Source: an uncultured Gammaproteobacteria bacterium
GTDB lineage: Bacteria; Pseudomonadota; Gammaproteobacteria; Thiohalobacterales; Thiohalobacteraceae
DNA length: 24,000 bases
NCBI GenBank assembly: GCA_963737555.1
Contig: CAVTTB010000008.1
Coordinates: 341,632-365,631, forward strand
Direction of reading: 5' to 3'
Shown here: piece after piece, positions 1 through 8,196 of the stretch
Numbering within the stretch: the stretch's first letter is position 1
How the letters are laid out: the number at the start of each line of letters is the position of its first letter
Translations under genes and position numbers: made by a program
Notes under the pieces: model-generated
The model's input: the letters and a program-made list of their open reading frames with translations, nothing else
Databases searched by the model: none
Told to the model about the DNA's origin: nothing

Positions 1-777
1 CGGGCAGTGCGGACTTCAATTACGGTGGCGCCGTCCTTGCCATTTTCTTCGCCGCGCTGCTGTGCGAGTTCGTCGACTCCAGTCTCGGCATGGGCTATGG
101 CACCACCCTCACGCCGCTGCTGTTGTTGTTCGGTTACGAGCCGTTGCAGATCGTGCCTGCGGTGCTGCTGAGCGAATTGATCACCGGCCTGGCCGCCGGC
201 GCCATGCACCAACGCGACGGCAACGTGGATTTCTTCCACGATGCCGCCGCGCGGCGCACCACGCTGTTGCTCGCATCGCTGAGCGCGGTCGGCGCGCTGG
301 CGGCGGTGGCGCTGGCCATCCAGATATCCAAATTCTGGTTGGGGATGTTCATCACCGGCATCGTCATATCCATGGGCGTGGTGATACTTGCCACGCGCCA
401 TCGGCAACTGCGTTACCGCACGGGCGGCATCGTCGCCATCGGCGCGGTGGCCGCGTTCAACAAAGGTTTGTCCGGCGGCGGCTACGGGCCGCTGGTGACC
501 GCGGGTCAAGTGGTGTCGGGATTGCCGGCCAAGCGCGCCGTTGCCGTGACCTCGGTGGCGGAGTCGGTGACCTGTCTGGTCGGTTTGCTCGGTTATCTCG
601 CTCGTCGGCAAAACCCTGGCGTGGGACCTTGCCGTGCCACTGACGATGGGCGCGTTGCTGTCGGTACCCATGGCCACCGTCACGATCCGTCATCTTCCCG
701 AGCATGTCGTGCGCGGCCTGGTCGGTACAGTCACGGTGGTGCTGGGTGTGGTGGCGTTGTTGAAACTGGTCAGTTAA
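1..777 (+). CDS. TauE/SafE-family (sulfite exporter-like) membrane permease, 5'-truncated, apparent +1 frameshift near 600
   Basis: Hydrophobic protein. The first frame reads GSADFNYGGAVLAIFFAALLCEFVDSSLGMGYGTTLTPLLLLFGYEP...KGLSGGGYGPLVTAGQV...AVTSVAESVTCLVGLLGYL. After one extra base at about 600, a second frame continues LVGKTLAWDLAVPLTMGALLSVPMATVTIRHLPEHVVRGLVGTVTVVLGVVALLKLVS* and stops at 775-777. Coding frame enters from the window edge. Confidence 0.8.
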
Positions 778-829
778 ATCGAATATCTAATCTAAGCGAA
801 TATATTTCTGGAAGAGAGGAGTCAGCACG

Positions 830-1501
830 ATGGACGCACTATGGGCAACCAATATCACCTGGCACGAAGGGCACGTCAAACGCGAGGATCGCGAGCAACT
901 GCTCGCCCAGACCGGCGCGACCGTCTGGTTCACCGGACTCAGCGGCTCCGGCAAGAGCACCATCGCCTTCACGCTCGAACACGCGTTGATCGAACGCGGT
1001 CGTCTGGCCTATGTGCTCGACGGCGACAATATCCGTCACGGCCTGAACAAGAACCTGGGCTTCAGCGCCGTCGATCGCGAAGAGAATATCCGTCGCATCG
1101 GCGAAGTCGCCAGACTGTTCGCGGATACCGGCGTGATCGCACTCACCAGCTTCATCAGCCCGTACCGCCAGGACCGCGATCTGGTGCGCCAGATGCATCG
1201 GCAGGACGGACTGCCCTTCATCGAAGTGCTGGTCGATGTCCCCATCGAGATCTGCGAAACGCGCGATCCCAAAGGCTTGTACAAAAAGGCGCGCGCCGCC
1301 TTGGCCGAAGGCAAGGGTATGGGCTTCACCGGCGTGGACGATCCGTACGAGCAGCCGCTGTCGGCCGAGATCGTCATCCGCAATGATCGGACCACGCCTC
1401 AGGAGGCCGCCGCGCAAGTGATCGCGTATATGGAGTCGCGGGGCATGTTGCCCGCCGTGTCGCGCGGCTTGGATACACCCAGAAGACACCAGAGCGTGTA
1501 G
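830..1501 (+). CDS. cysC: Adenylylsulfate (APS) kinase
   Basis: Walker A GLSGSGKST, then DGDNIRHGLNKNLGFSAVDREENIRRIGEVARLFADTGVIALTSFISPYRQDRD and DPKGLYKKARAG-like segment, all typical of CysC; 223 aa ORF. Confidence 0.95.
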   Translation: MDALWATNITWHEGHVKREDREQLLAQTGATVWFTGLSGSGKSTIAFTLEHALIERGRLAYVLDGDNIRHGLNKNLGFSAVDREENIRRIGEVARLFADTGVIALTSFISPYRQDRDLVRQMHRQDGLPFIEVLVDVPIEICETRDPKGLYKKARAALAEGKGMGFTGVDDPYEQPLSAEIVIRNDRTTPQEAAAQVIAYMESRGMLPAVSRGLDTPRRHQSV

Positions 1502-1570
1502 TAACAGTTATGCATAAAAGCCGGGGGGCAGTCGGAGATCAATATGATCGGCTGAGATGCTCCCCGTTTC

Positions 1571-1604
1571 ACCGGCACCGTCAGAGTCAGATGACGGTGC
1601 CGGT
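1571..1604. repeat. Perfect 13-bp inverted repeat (8-nt loop) between cysC and the LCIB-like gene
   Basis: ACCGGCACCGTCA (1571-1583) gagtcaga TGACGGTGCCGGT (1592-1604). No T-tract follows. Confidence 0.8.
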
Positions 1605-1683
1605 CAGTCCGCATTATCCGGACTGGACGTCCTCGCTGCAGTTCATTATAAGTATCGCATAACAAAAGCGAGGGGGTTGAGTC

Positions 1684-2839
1684 ATGTATTCCAACAGTAT
1701 CAATACGCGTTCCATGCTCGCCGATTATCATATCGAGGGCATGATGCTGCGTTATAGCGTATTCATCCCCAAACTCTATAACTTCTGTAAGTCGCTCGGT
1801 TTCGAGCCGGGGCGCATCATGCCGTCGCGCGCCTTCTGTTCCGATGAAAGTCAGGGCTTCCCGATCATCCTGATCACCAAGCACTTTGGAACCTTCCCGT
1901 TCAATCATGGCCAAGTGGGTGGCGTCATCGCCACCGATCGTCACGGTCCGCATGCGGAACATGGCAAGGATATGGTGATCATCCAGGCCAGCCATGTCGG
2001 CTATGATCCGGAAACGAAAACCTTCGGCACTTATCGGCGTCTGCAATGCGAGCAACATGATATGTCCGCCAATTGCGGCAAGATCGTGGCCGTGTTGGAC
2101 TGGTACCAGCAGGAGTATCGCTTCGCGCAGGAAAATATTTATCTTGAATCCCATGACGGGGGGTTCTATCTGATCATCGACAATCAGCTGCTCAACAATT
2201 CCCGACCCGAAGGTCTGTTCCTGAATATCGAGCGCATGGTGCAGCCGGACCTGGACGGCACCTTGCGCCCGACGCAATCCTTCAGCACCTCCAAATGCTA
2301 TCCCGCGTCCACTCAATTGAAGGAGCTGTTCGGCGTGGATGCCTGGCAGAAAAATGCCCGCACGGAGATCGGCGCGCATTTGCTGCCGGAGTTGTTCTGG
2401 TTCAAGCGTGAAGTAACGGGTGACGAGGAGGGCAAGGAACATCTGGAGCGTAATCTTCTCAAGCCGATGCCGTGGATCGTGACATCCGTTGCGCCGTTGC
2501 TGACGGCGGCTCAGGTCAATACGCAGGTCGAGTTCGATCGCACCTTCCGCACCATCGTCAAAGACCACAGTTATCGCGGCAAGAACGTGGTCTATCTGGC
2601 CGGACTCAATATCGACATCTCGCCGCAGCCCGGTCAATTGTTTCCGCTTGACCAAGTTCGTGCCGTGGGCGGCCTATATACAAGAGGCCAATGGCCACCA
2701 TTACACGCTGGAACAGGCGGAGCTGATGGACCGGCTCAAGGCGCAGAGCGACGAAAATCCTGATCAGATCGATCTGGAAAAGGCCATTACCGAAATGCGC
2801 CTGGCCGAGGAGATTCGCATCGCGCTGGCAGCGCCTTAG
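1684..2839 (+). CDS. LCIB/C-type beta-carbonic-anhydrase-domain protein, apparent +1 frameshift near 2650
   Basis: Contains SRAFCSDESQGFP...VIIQASHVGYDPETKTFGTYRR...SANCGKIVAVLDWY, matching the Cys-x-Asp / His / Cys-Gly layout of the LCIB family (C52, D54, H104, C131 in this ORF). A second frame carries the natural C-terminus TKFVPWAAYIQEANGHHYTLEQAELMDRLKAQSDENPDQIDLEKAITEMRLAEEIRIALAAP* (stop at 2839). SD-like GAGGGGG upstream of ATG 1684. Confidence 0.75.
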
Positions 2840-2859
2840 GCGCGTATGCGGTGCGTCCG

Positions 2860-2909
2860 TGTTCGAGATGTTGCGCATTGCATCTGTTCGCGATGTTGCG
2901 CATTGCATT
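2860..2909. repeat. Tandem duplication of a 25-bp unit
   Basis: tgttcgagatgttgcgcattgcatc (2860-2884) followed immediately by tgttcgcgatgttgcgcattgcatt (2885-2909); 23/25 identical, followed by a short T run. Confidence 0.85.
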
Positions 2910-3033
2910 TTTTAGCGATCCTGCGAGGGGTGATCTGAATAGACTGATGTGGCATAAATCCGTACAATCGCGGCTTCATCGCGTGTCCCCAGAAGTCAAT
3001 AATATCTTACCAAATTATCATCAGGATAATTAC

Positions 3034-5058
3034 GTGCCGCTGGCCTTAGTCGAATTTGCCGTTGCCGCCGCGCTCTGCTCCGGGCTGCTCGCGCTGGTCC
3101 TGTACCGGTTCACCTCATTACAAAAGTATGTTGCCTTCGGCTTGCTTGGCATCTCGGGTTTGTCTGCCCTGCTCGGCGGCATTCAGGTCCTGCTCGCCAA
3201 ATCGGTGCTGGTCGATGTCCTCATGATCGGTCTGCCGTGGCTGCACTGGCATCTGCGGCTGGATCCGCTGTCCGGTTTTTTCCTCGCCATCATCGGCATC
3301 GTCACGGTGGCCGTGTCCATCTATGGTCCCGCCTATGTGCGTGAATATGAGCACGGCAAACAGCCGCTGGCGGTACTGTCTTTGTTCACCGGGTTGTTTA
3401 TCGCCGGCATGATGCTGGTGGTGTTGGCCGATGACGCGTACGCGTTCATGGTCGCCTGGGAATTGATGTCGCTGTCGAGTTACTTCCTGGTGTCCTATCA
3501 ACACCAGCACGCGGCCAACCGGCGTGCTGCCTACCTTTATCTATTGATGGCGCATGTCGGCGGGCTGACCATCATGCTCGGTTTCGGCGTGTTGGCGGCC
3601 TTCGGCGGCGGCTTGACCTTCGACATCATGCGCAGCGCCGAGCTGTCGCTGTTCTGGTCCTCGACGGCTTTCTGTCTGGCGTTGTTCGGTTTCGGCATGA
3701 AGGCGGGGCTGGTGCCGGTGCACGCGTGGCTGCCCGAGGCGCACCCGGTCGCGCCCTCGCATATCTCGGCGTTGATGAGTGGCGTGATGTTGAAGATCGC
3801 CCTCTATGGTCTGATCCGGTTTAGCTACGATCTGATCGGCGAGGTCCACTGGGGCTGGGGCTTCGGCATGCTGATGCTGGGCGTGGCCTCCGGTCTGCTG
3901 GGCGTGCTGTACGCGATTGTGCAGACCGATCTGAAGCGGCTGCTGGCCTATTCGTCGGTGGAAAATATCGGCATCATTTTTATCGGCCTGGGCCTGTCGA
4001 TGATTTTCGTCGGCTCTGGCCACCAGGAACTGGGTGCGCTGGGCCTGATTGCATCCCTCTATCACATTCTCAATCACGCCTTGTTCAAGAGCCTGTTGTT
4101 CCTCGGCGCGGGTGCCGTGTTGCAAAGCACCCATGAAGGCAATCTGGAACAGATGGGCGGGCTGATTCATCGCATGCCGGTCACGGCCGTGTTGTTCCTG
4201 GTGGGGTGTATCAGTATCGCGGGCCTGCCGCCGTTCAATGGCTTCGTCTCCGAATGGCTGAGTTTCCAGACGGCACTTCAGGCGCCGATTCTGCAAGATG
4301 GCGTGTTGCGCGCCTTCATCCCGGTGGCTGCCGCAGCCTTGGCCTTGACCGGTGCGTTGGCGGCAGCGGCGTTCGTGAAGACCTTCGGCGTGGCATTCCT
4401 GGGTGTGGCGCGCAGCCGGCATGCGCGTCAGGCGCACGAGGTTGCGCGCAGCATGCAGGTCGGCATGGGACTGTTGGCGGCGCTGTGTCTGCTGTTCGGT
4501 ATCTTCCCCACGACCACCATCGGCGTGATCGATGCCATCCCAGAGTTGTTATTCAATAAGGGTCTGCCCAGCGCGTCCGCCGAAGGCTGGCTGTGGCTGA
4601 CGCCGATCGCACCGGAAGTTTCTTCCTACTCCGCACCGTTGGTCTTGATCGGTATCGCCCTGGCGTGGGGGCTCGGTTATGCGTTGCTGCACCCGCGTCG
4701 ACGCGAGCACCCGGTGCGGCGCAGCGCGCCTTGGGATTGCGGCTTCGGTCCGGTCAACCCGCGCATGCAATACACCTCGACCGCGTTCTCGATGCCGATT
4801 CGACGCATCTTCAAGCCGGTCTGGGATGTGCAAGAGCCGGTCGAGGAAACCCGCGATGCCAAACAGCCGCTGTTGCTGACCGGCATCCGCCACCAGATGC
4901 AGATCGGTGATCGCTCCTGGCCGGTCCTGTATGAACCTATTGCCCATTGGGTGCTGGTCGCGGCGCGCAAGATCGGCGGCATCCAGACCGGCAGTATCCG
5001 TACCTATCTGGCCTATTCGTTCTTCACGTTGCTGGTGTTGTTATGGCTGATTACCTAA
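3034..5058 (+). CDS. Hydrogenase-4 component B / NuoL-like proton-conducting membrane subunit (HyfB-like)
   Basis: Proton_antipo_M-type protein: MVAWELMSLSSYFLVSY, GFGMKAGLVPVHAWLPEAHPVAPSHISALMSGVMLKIALYGLIR, LLAYSSVENIGIIFIGLG, HILNHALFKSLLFLGAGAV, and a HyfB-like tail WDCGFGPVNPRMQYTSTAFSMPIRRIF. The maximal ORF is 2851..5058; GTG at 3034 preceded by AGGA is the more plausible start. Confidence 0.9.
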   Translation: MPLALVEFAVAAALCSGLLALVLYRFTSLQKYVAFGLLGISGLSALLGGIQVLLAKSVLVDVLMIGLPWLHWHLRLDPLSGFFLAIIGIVTVAVSIYGPAYVREYEHGKQPLAVLSLFTGLFIAGMMLVVLADDAYAFMVAWELMSLSSYFLVSYQHQHAANRRAAYLYLLMAHVGGLTIMLGFGVLAAFGGGLTFDIMRSAELSLFWSSTAFCLALFGFGMKAGLVPVHAWLPEAHPVAPSHISALMSGVMLKIALYGLIRFSYDLIGEVHWGWGFGMLMLGVASGLLGVLYAIVQTDLKRLLAYSSVENIGIIFIGLGLSMIFVGSGHQELGALGLIASLYHILNHALFKSLLFLGAGAVLQSTHEGNLEQMGGLIHRMPVTAVLFLVGCISIAGLPPFNGFVSEWLSFQTALQAPILQDGVLRAFIPVAAAALALTGALAAAAFVKTFGVAFLGVARSRHARQAHEVARSMQVGMGLLAALCLLFGIFPTTTIGVIDAIPELLFNKGLPSASAEGWLWLTPIAPEVSSYSAPLVLIGIALAWGLGYALLHPRRREHPVRRSAPWDCGFGPVNPRMQYTSTAFSMPIRRIFKPVWDVQEPVEETRDAKQPLLLTGIRHQMQIGDRSWPVLYEPIAHWVLVAARKIGGIQTGSIRTYLAYSFFTLLVLLWLIT

Positions 5059-5999
5059 ACGCCTGGCTGCTGGCGCTGTTGCAGACGCTGCTGTTCGTCG
5101 CCAGCGCACCGTTGCTGGCGGGTTGGATCAAGGTCGTCAAATGCCGCTTGCAGAACCGCACGGCGCCGTCGCTGTTGCAGCCGTATGCGGATCTGCGCAA
5201 GCTGTTCTCGAAGAATCTGGTGATGGCCGAAAACGCCTCGTGGATCTTCCGCGCCGCCCCCTATATTTTGCTGGGTTCGACCATTCTCGCCGCGGCGGTG
5301 GTCCCGTTGGTCGCCGTGCGACTGCCGACGGCGGCGATCGCCGACGTGATCGTGCTGGTCGGTTTTTTTGCGTTGGGGCGTTTCTTTCTGGCCCTGGCCG
5401 CGATGGATATCGGCACCGCCTTCGGCGGCATGGGCTCGTCGCGTGATATGACCGTCGCCTCGCTGGCGGAGCCGGCGATGCTGATGGCGGTGTTTACCCT
5501 GGCCATGACCGCGAACAGCACCAATCTGTCGACCGCCGTGCAGTTCACGCTGGAAAGTGGTTTGGTGTTGCGACCGTCCTTCATCTTCATCACTGTTGGA
5601 TTGATGATGGTAGCAGTGGCGGAGACCGGCCGTATCCCGATCGACAACCCGACCACCCATCTCGAATTGACCATGCTGCACGAGGCGATGATCCTCGAAT
5701 ACAGCGCCCGTCACTTGGCCTTGATCGAGTGGGCGGCGCAGATCAAGTTCATGGTCTTCGGTGTGTTGATCGCCAATATCTTCCTGCCCTGGGGCATTGC
5801 CACCGAATTCACGCCGCTGGCGCTGGCAACCGGCGCCTTCGCGATTGCACTGAAACTGCTGGTGCTGGTGGTCATACTGGCCATCTCCGAGACCATCGTC
5901 GCCAAGATGCGCCTGTTCAAAGCGCCTGAATATCTCAACATCGCCTATCTGCTGTGCCTGCTCGGCATGCTCAGCCACGTGATTCTGGAAGTGGGTTGA
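5043..5999 (+). CDS. HyfC/HycD/NuoH-like membrane subunit
   Basis: MADYLNAWLLALLQTLLFVASAPLLAGWIKVVKCRLQNRTAPSLLQPYADLRKLFSKNLV...AETGRIPIDNPTTHLELTMLHEAMILEYSGRH-like motif; overlaps the preceding gene, suggesting translational coupling. ORF extends upstream to 4947 but ATG 5043 fits the family. Confidence 0.92.
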   Translation: MADYLNAWLLALLQTLLFVASAPLLAGWIKVVKCRLQNRTAPSLLQPYADLRKLFSKNLVMAENASWIFRAAPYILLGSTILAAAVVPLVAVRLPTAAIADVIVLVGFFALGRFFLALAAMDIGTAFGGMGSSRDMTVASLAEPAMLMAVFTLAMTANSTNLSTAVQFTLESGLVLRPSFIFITVGLMMVAVAETGRIPIDNPTTHLELTMLHEAMILEYSARHLALIEWAAQIKFMVFGVLIANIFLPWGIATEFTPLALATGAFAIALKLLVLVVILAISETIVAKMRLFKAPEYLNIAYLLCLLGMLSHVILEVG

Positions 6000-6047
6000 G
6001 ACGATGATGCGTATGCAACCGGTCAGATCAGTAAGGCATAACCGTTC

Positions 6048-6728
6048 ATGAATAGCTTCGCGAATCTTAGCCTGTACGAACAGGCCATCATGATGCTGTC
6101 GGCCTTGGTGCTGTTCACCTCGTTCGCACTGCTGGCGCAGTCGCGCATGCTCAATATGATCAATGTGTTCGCTTGGCAGGGCGTGCTGCTGTCGGCCACC
6201 ACGGCGTTGGTCGCCTTGGTCTCCGGCCAGCATCATCTGTATACCTCCGCGCTGCTCACCATGGTGCTCAAGGCCATGTTGATCCCTTATATACTGCGCC
6301 ATCTCGTCATCCGTCTGGACATACACAGGGAAGTGGAGTCGGTGGTGCGCCCGGCCGTGGTGCTCATGTCCGGGGCCTCGCTGGTGGTGTTTTCCTACTG
6401 GGTCGCCTTGCCGATCGTACATTTGTCCACACTCATCACCCGCAACACGATCGCCGTGAGCATCGCCATCGTGCTGTTGGGCATGTTGATGATCATTACC
6501 CGCAGCAAGGCGGTCTCGCAGGTGGTGGGTTTCATGTCCATGGAGAACGGCCTGTTCTTCGCCGCGGTGGTGTCCACCTACGGCATGCCGATGGTGGTTG
6601 AGCTGGGCGTTGCGTTCGACGTGCTGGTGGCCGCCATTCTGTTCGGTGTGTTCTTCTTCCAAATCCGCGCCTCGATCGACTCACTGGACGTGGACCGTCT
6701 CAATCGCCTGACGGAGACGGATAAGTGA
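6048..6728 (+). CDS. Hydrogenase-4 component E-like membrane protein (HyfE-like)
   Basis: 226 aa hydrophobic protein with TSALLTMVLKAMLIPYILRHLV and MSMENGLFFAAVVSTYGMPMVVELGVAFDVLVAAILFGVFFFQI, characteristic of HyfE. Confidence 0.88.
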   Translation: MNSFANLSLYEQAIMMLSALVLFTSFALLAQSRMLNMINVFAWQGVLLSATTALVALVSGQHHLYTSALLTMVLKAMLIPYILRHLVIRLDIHREVESVVRPAVVLMSGASLVVFSYWVALPIVHLSTLITRNTIAVSIAIVLLGMLMIITRSKAVSQVVGFMSMENGLFFAAVVSTYGMPMVVELGVAFDVLVAAILFGVFFFQIRASIDSLDVDRLNRLTETDK

Positions 6729-8194
6729 ATTTTGCCTTGGAATTTATGCTGGGGTTGCCGCTGTTCGGCGCCATCCTGCTGGGCGCGTTGGGCCACAGCC
6801 GTAAGGCCGGCTGGATAAATATTGGTTTCTGCGCCGCGAGCTTTGTCGCAACCGTGCTGCTGGCCTTGGATGTGCTGGATCATGGCCCGCAGTTATTTCA
6901 TGATCGGCTGTTCTATGTCGACGCCTTCAACGTCTACCTGCTGGTGTTGACCGCGTTTGTCGGCATGACCACGGCGATTTTTTCGCGCCCGTACATGGAA
7001 CATGAGAAACAACGTGGTCGCCTGAACAACCGACGCATGCAGTTGTATCACTCGATGTACCAGGGCTTTCTGTTCGCCATGCTGTTGTGCTTGTCCACCA
7101 ACAATCTGGGCTTGCTGTGGGTGGCGATGGAGGGTGCGACCCTCGCCACGGTGTTATTGGTATCGCTGTACCGCACCCCCGAGGCGGTCGAGGCGGCGTG
7201 GAAATATTTTATCCTCTGCGGCGTCGGTATCGCCCAGGCGCTGTTCGGCACGGTGCTGTTGTTCTTCGCCGCCGAGCGCATCATCGAGCATCGCGACGAC
7301 GCCCTGCTGTGGAATGTATTGCACGAGAATGCGCACCTGATGGACCCGACGGTATTGTCGCTGGCGTTCGTGTTCCTGCTGGTGGGTTACGGTACCAAGG
7401 TGGGTCTGGTGCCCTTGCACAACTGGTTGCCGGATGCGCATTCCGAAGGTCCGACACCGATGTCGGCGGTGCTGTCGGGTCTGCTGTTGAACGTCGCCCT
7501 GTATGCCTTGGTGCGGGTGAAGATGTTGGTCGATGGTTCCTTGGATACCGAACTGGCCGGCCAGCTGATGATGGGTTTCGGCATGGCGTCGTTCCTGGTC
7601 GCGAGTCTGTTCTTGCATCGGCAACGCGACATCAAACGCATGTTCAGTTACTCCTCCATTGAACACATGGGACTGATGACCTTTGCCTTCGGCCTCGGCG
7701 GTCCACTGGCGACCTTCGGCGCGCTGTTGCACATGACCGTGCATTCGCTGACCAAGTCGGCGATCTTCGTCACCGTCGGTCATGCCGCACATATCGCCGG
7801 TACGCAATCCATCGAGAAGATTCGCGGTCTGATCCACACGCAGCCCACGGTCGGCTGGGGCCTGTTGATCGGCACCACGGCCATCGCCGGCTTTCCACCC
7901 TTCGGACTTTTCACCAGCGAGTTCCTGTTGCTCACCGCGACCATGAAGAGCTGGCCCTGGCTGACCTTGCCCCTGCTGGTCGGCCTGGTGGTTGCCTTTG
8001 CCGGCCTGTTCCGGCATCTGCATCCGATGGTTTATGGTGACAAGCCGGAAGGTCAGCTGGCCGTCAAAGCCAATATGTGGCCGGTGGCGATCCACCTGGC
8101 GCTGGTGTTGTGGCTGGGCCTGTCGATTCCTGAGTTCTTATCGCGCTGGTTTGATCAGGCAACGCTGTTGATCTCCGGCAGTTCATGGTTGTGA
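6725..8194 (+). CDS. Hydrogenase-4 component F / NuoN-like proton-conducting subunit (HyfF-like)
   Basis: 489 aa; VAMEGATLATVLLVSLYRTPEAVEAAWKYFILCGVGIAQALFGT, GTKVGLVPLHNWLPDAHSEGPTPMSAVLSGLLLNVALYALVR, RMFSYSSIEHMGLM, IAGFPPFGLFTSEF. Start overlaps the HyfE-like stop (ATGA-type overlap). Confidence 0.92.
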   Translation: MNFALEFMLGLPLFGAILLGALGHSRKAGWINIGFCAASFVATVLLALDVLDHGPQLFHDRLFYVDAFNVYLLVLTAFVGMTTAIFSRPYMEHEKQRGRLNNRRMQLYHSMYQGFLFAMLLCLSTNNLGLLWVAMEGATLATVLLVSLYRTPEAVEAAWKYFILCGVGIAQALFGTVLLFFAAERIIEHRDDALLWNVLHENAHLMDPTVLSLAFVFLLVGYGTKVGLVPLHNWLPDAHSEGPTPMSAVLSGLLLNVALYALVRVKMLVDGSLDTELAGQLMMGFGMASFLVASLFLHRQRDIKRMFSYSSIEHMGLMTFAFGLGGPLATFGALLHMTVHSLTKSAIFVTVGHAAHIAGTQSIEKIRGLIHTQPTVGWGLLIGTTAIAGFPPFGLFTSEFLLLTATMKSWPWLTLPLLVGLVVAFAGLFRHLHPMVYGDKPEGQLAVKANMWPVAIHLALVLWLGLSIPEFLSRWFDQATLLISGSSWL

Positions 8195-8196
8195 GC

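Noticed and set aside
1399-2655. 418-aa minus-strand ORF covering the LCIB-like gene
   Set aside because: Antisense to a well-supported conserved gene. Composition is typical of shadow ORFs in GC-rich DNA, with no recognisable motifs.
2640-2665. Programmed +1 frameshift in the LCIB-like gene
   Set aside because: No slippery stop context such as CTT TGA C. The same kind of single-base insertion occurs in four unrelated genes, so sequence error is more likely.
1684-5058. DAB (dabA-dabB) CO2 uptake operon
   Set aside because: The first gene is a roughly 385-aa soluble LCIB-like protein, not the large DUF2309 DabA, and the NuoL-like gene belongs to a complete HyfBCEFGI-like set rather than standing alone.
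5055-6662. 535-aa minus-strand ORF antisense to the HyfC/HyfE-like genes
   Set aside because: His/Gln/Gly-rich low-complexity translation (HHQHVERNAQLNHHRH...), which results from reading hydrophobic transmembrane codons in antisense; the forward strand has clear homologous genes.
7154-8095. 313-aa minus-strand ORF and similar ones at 3541..4437 and 21840..22748
   Set aside because: Same antisense shadow effect over HyfF-like, HyfB-like and sufB coding sequence.
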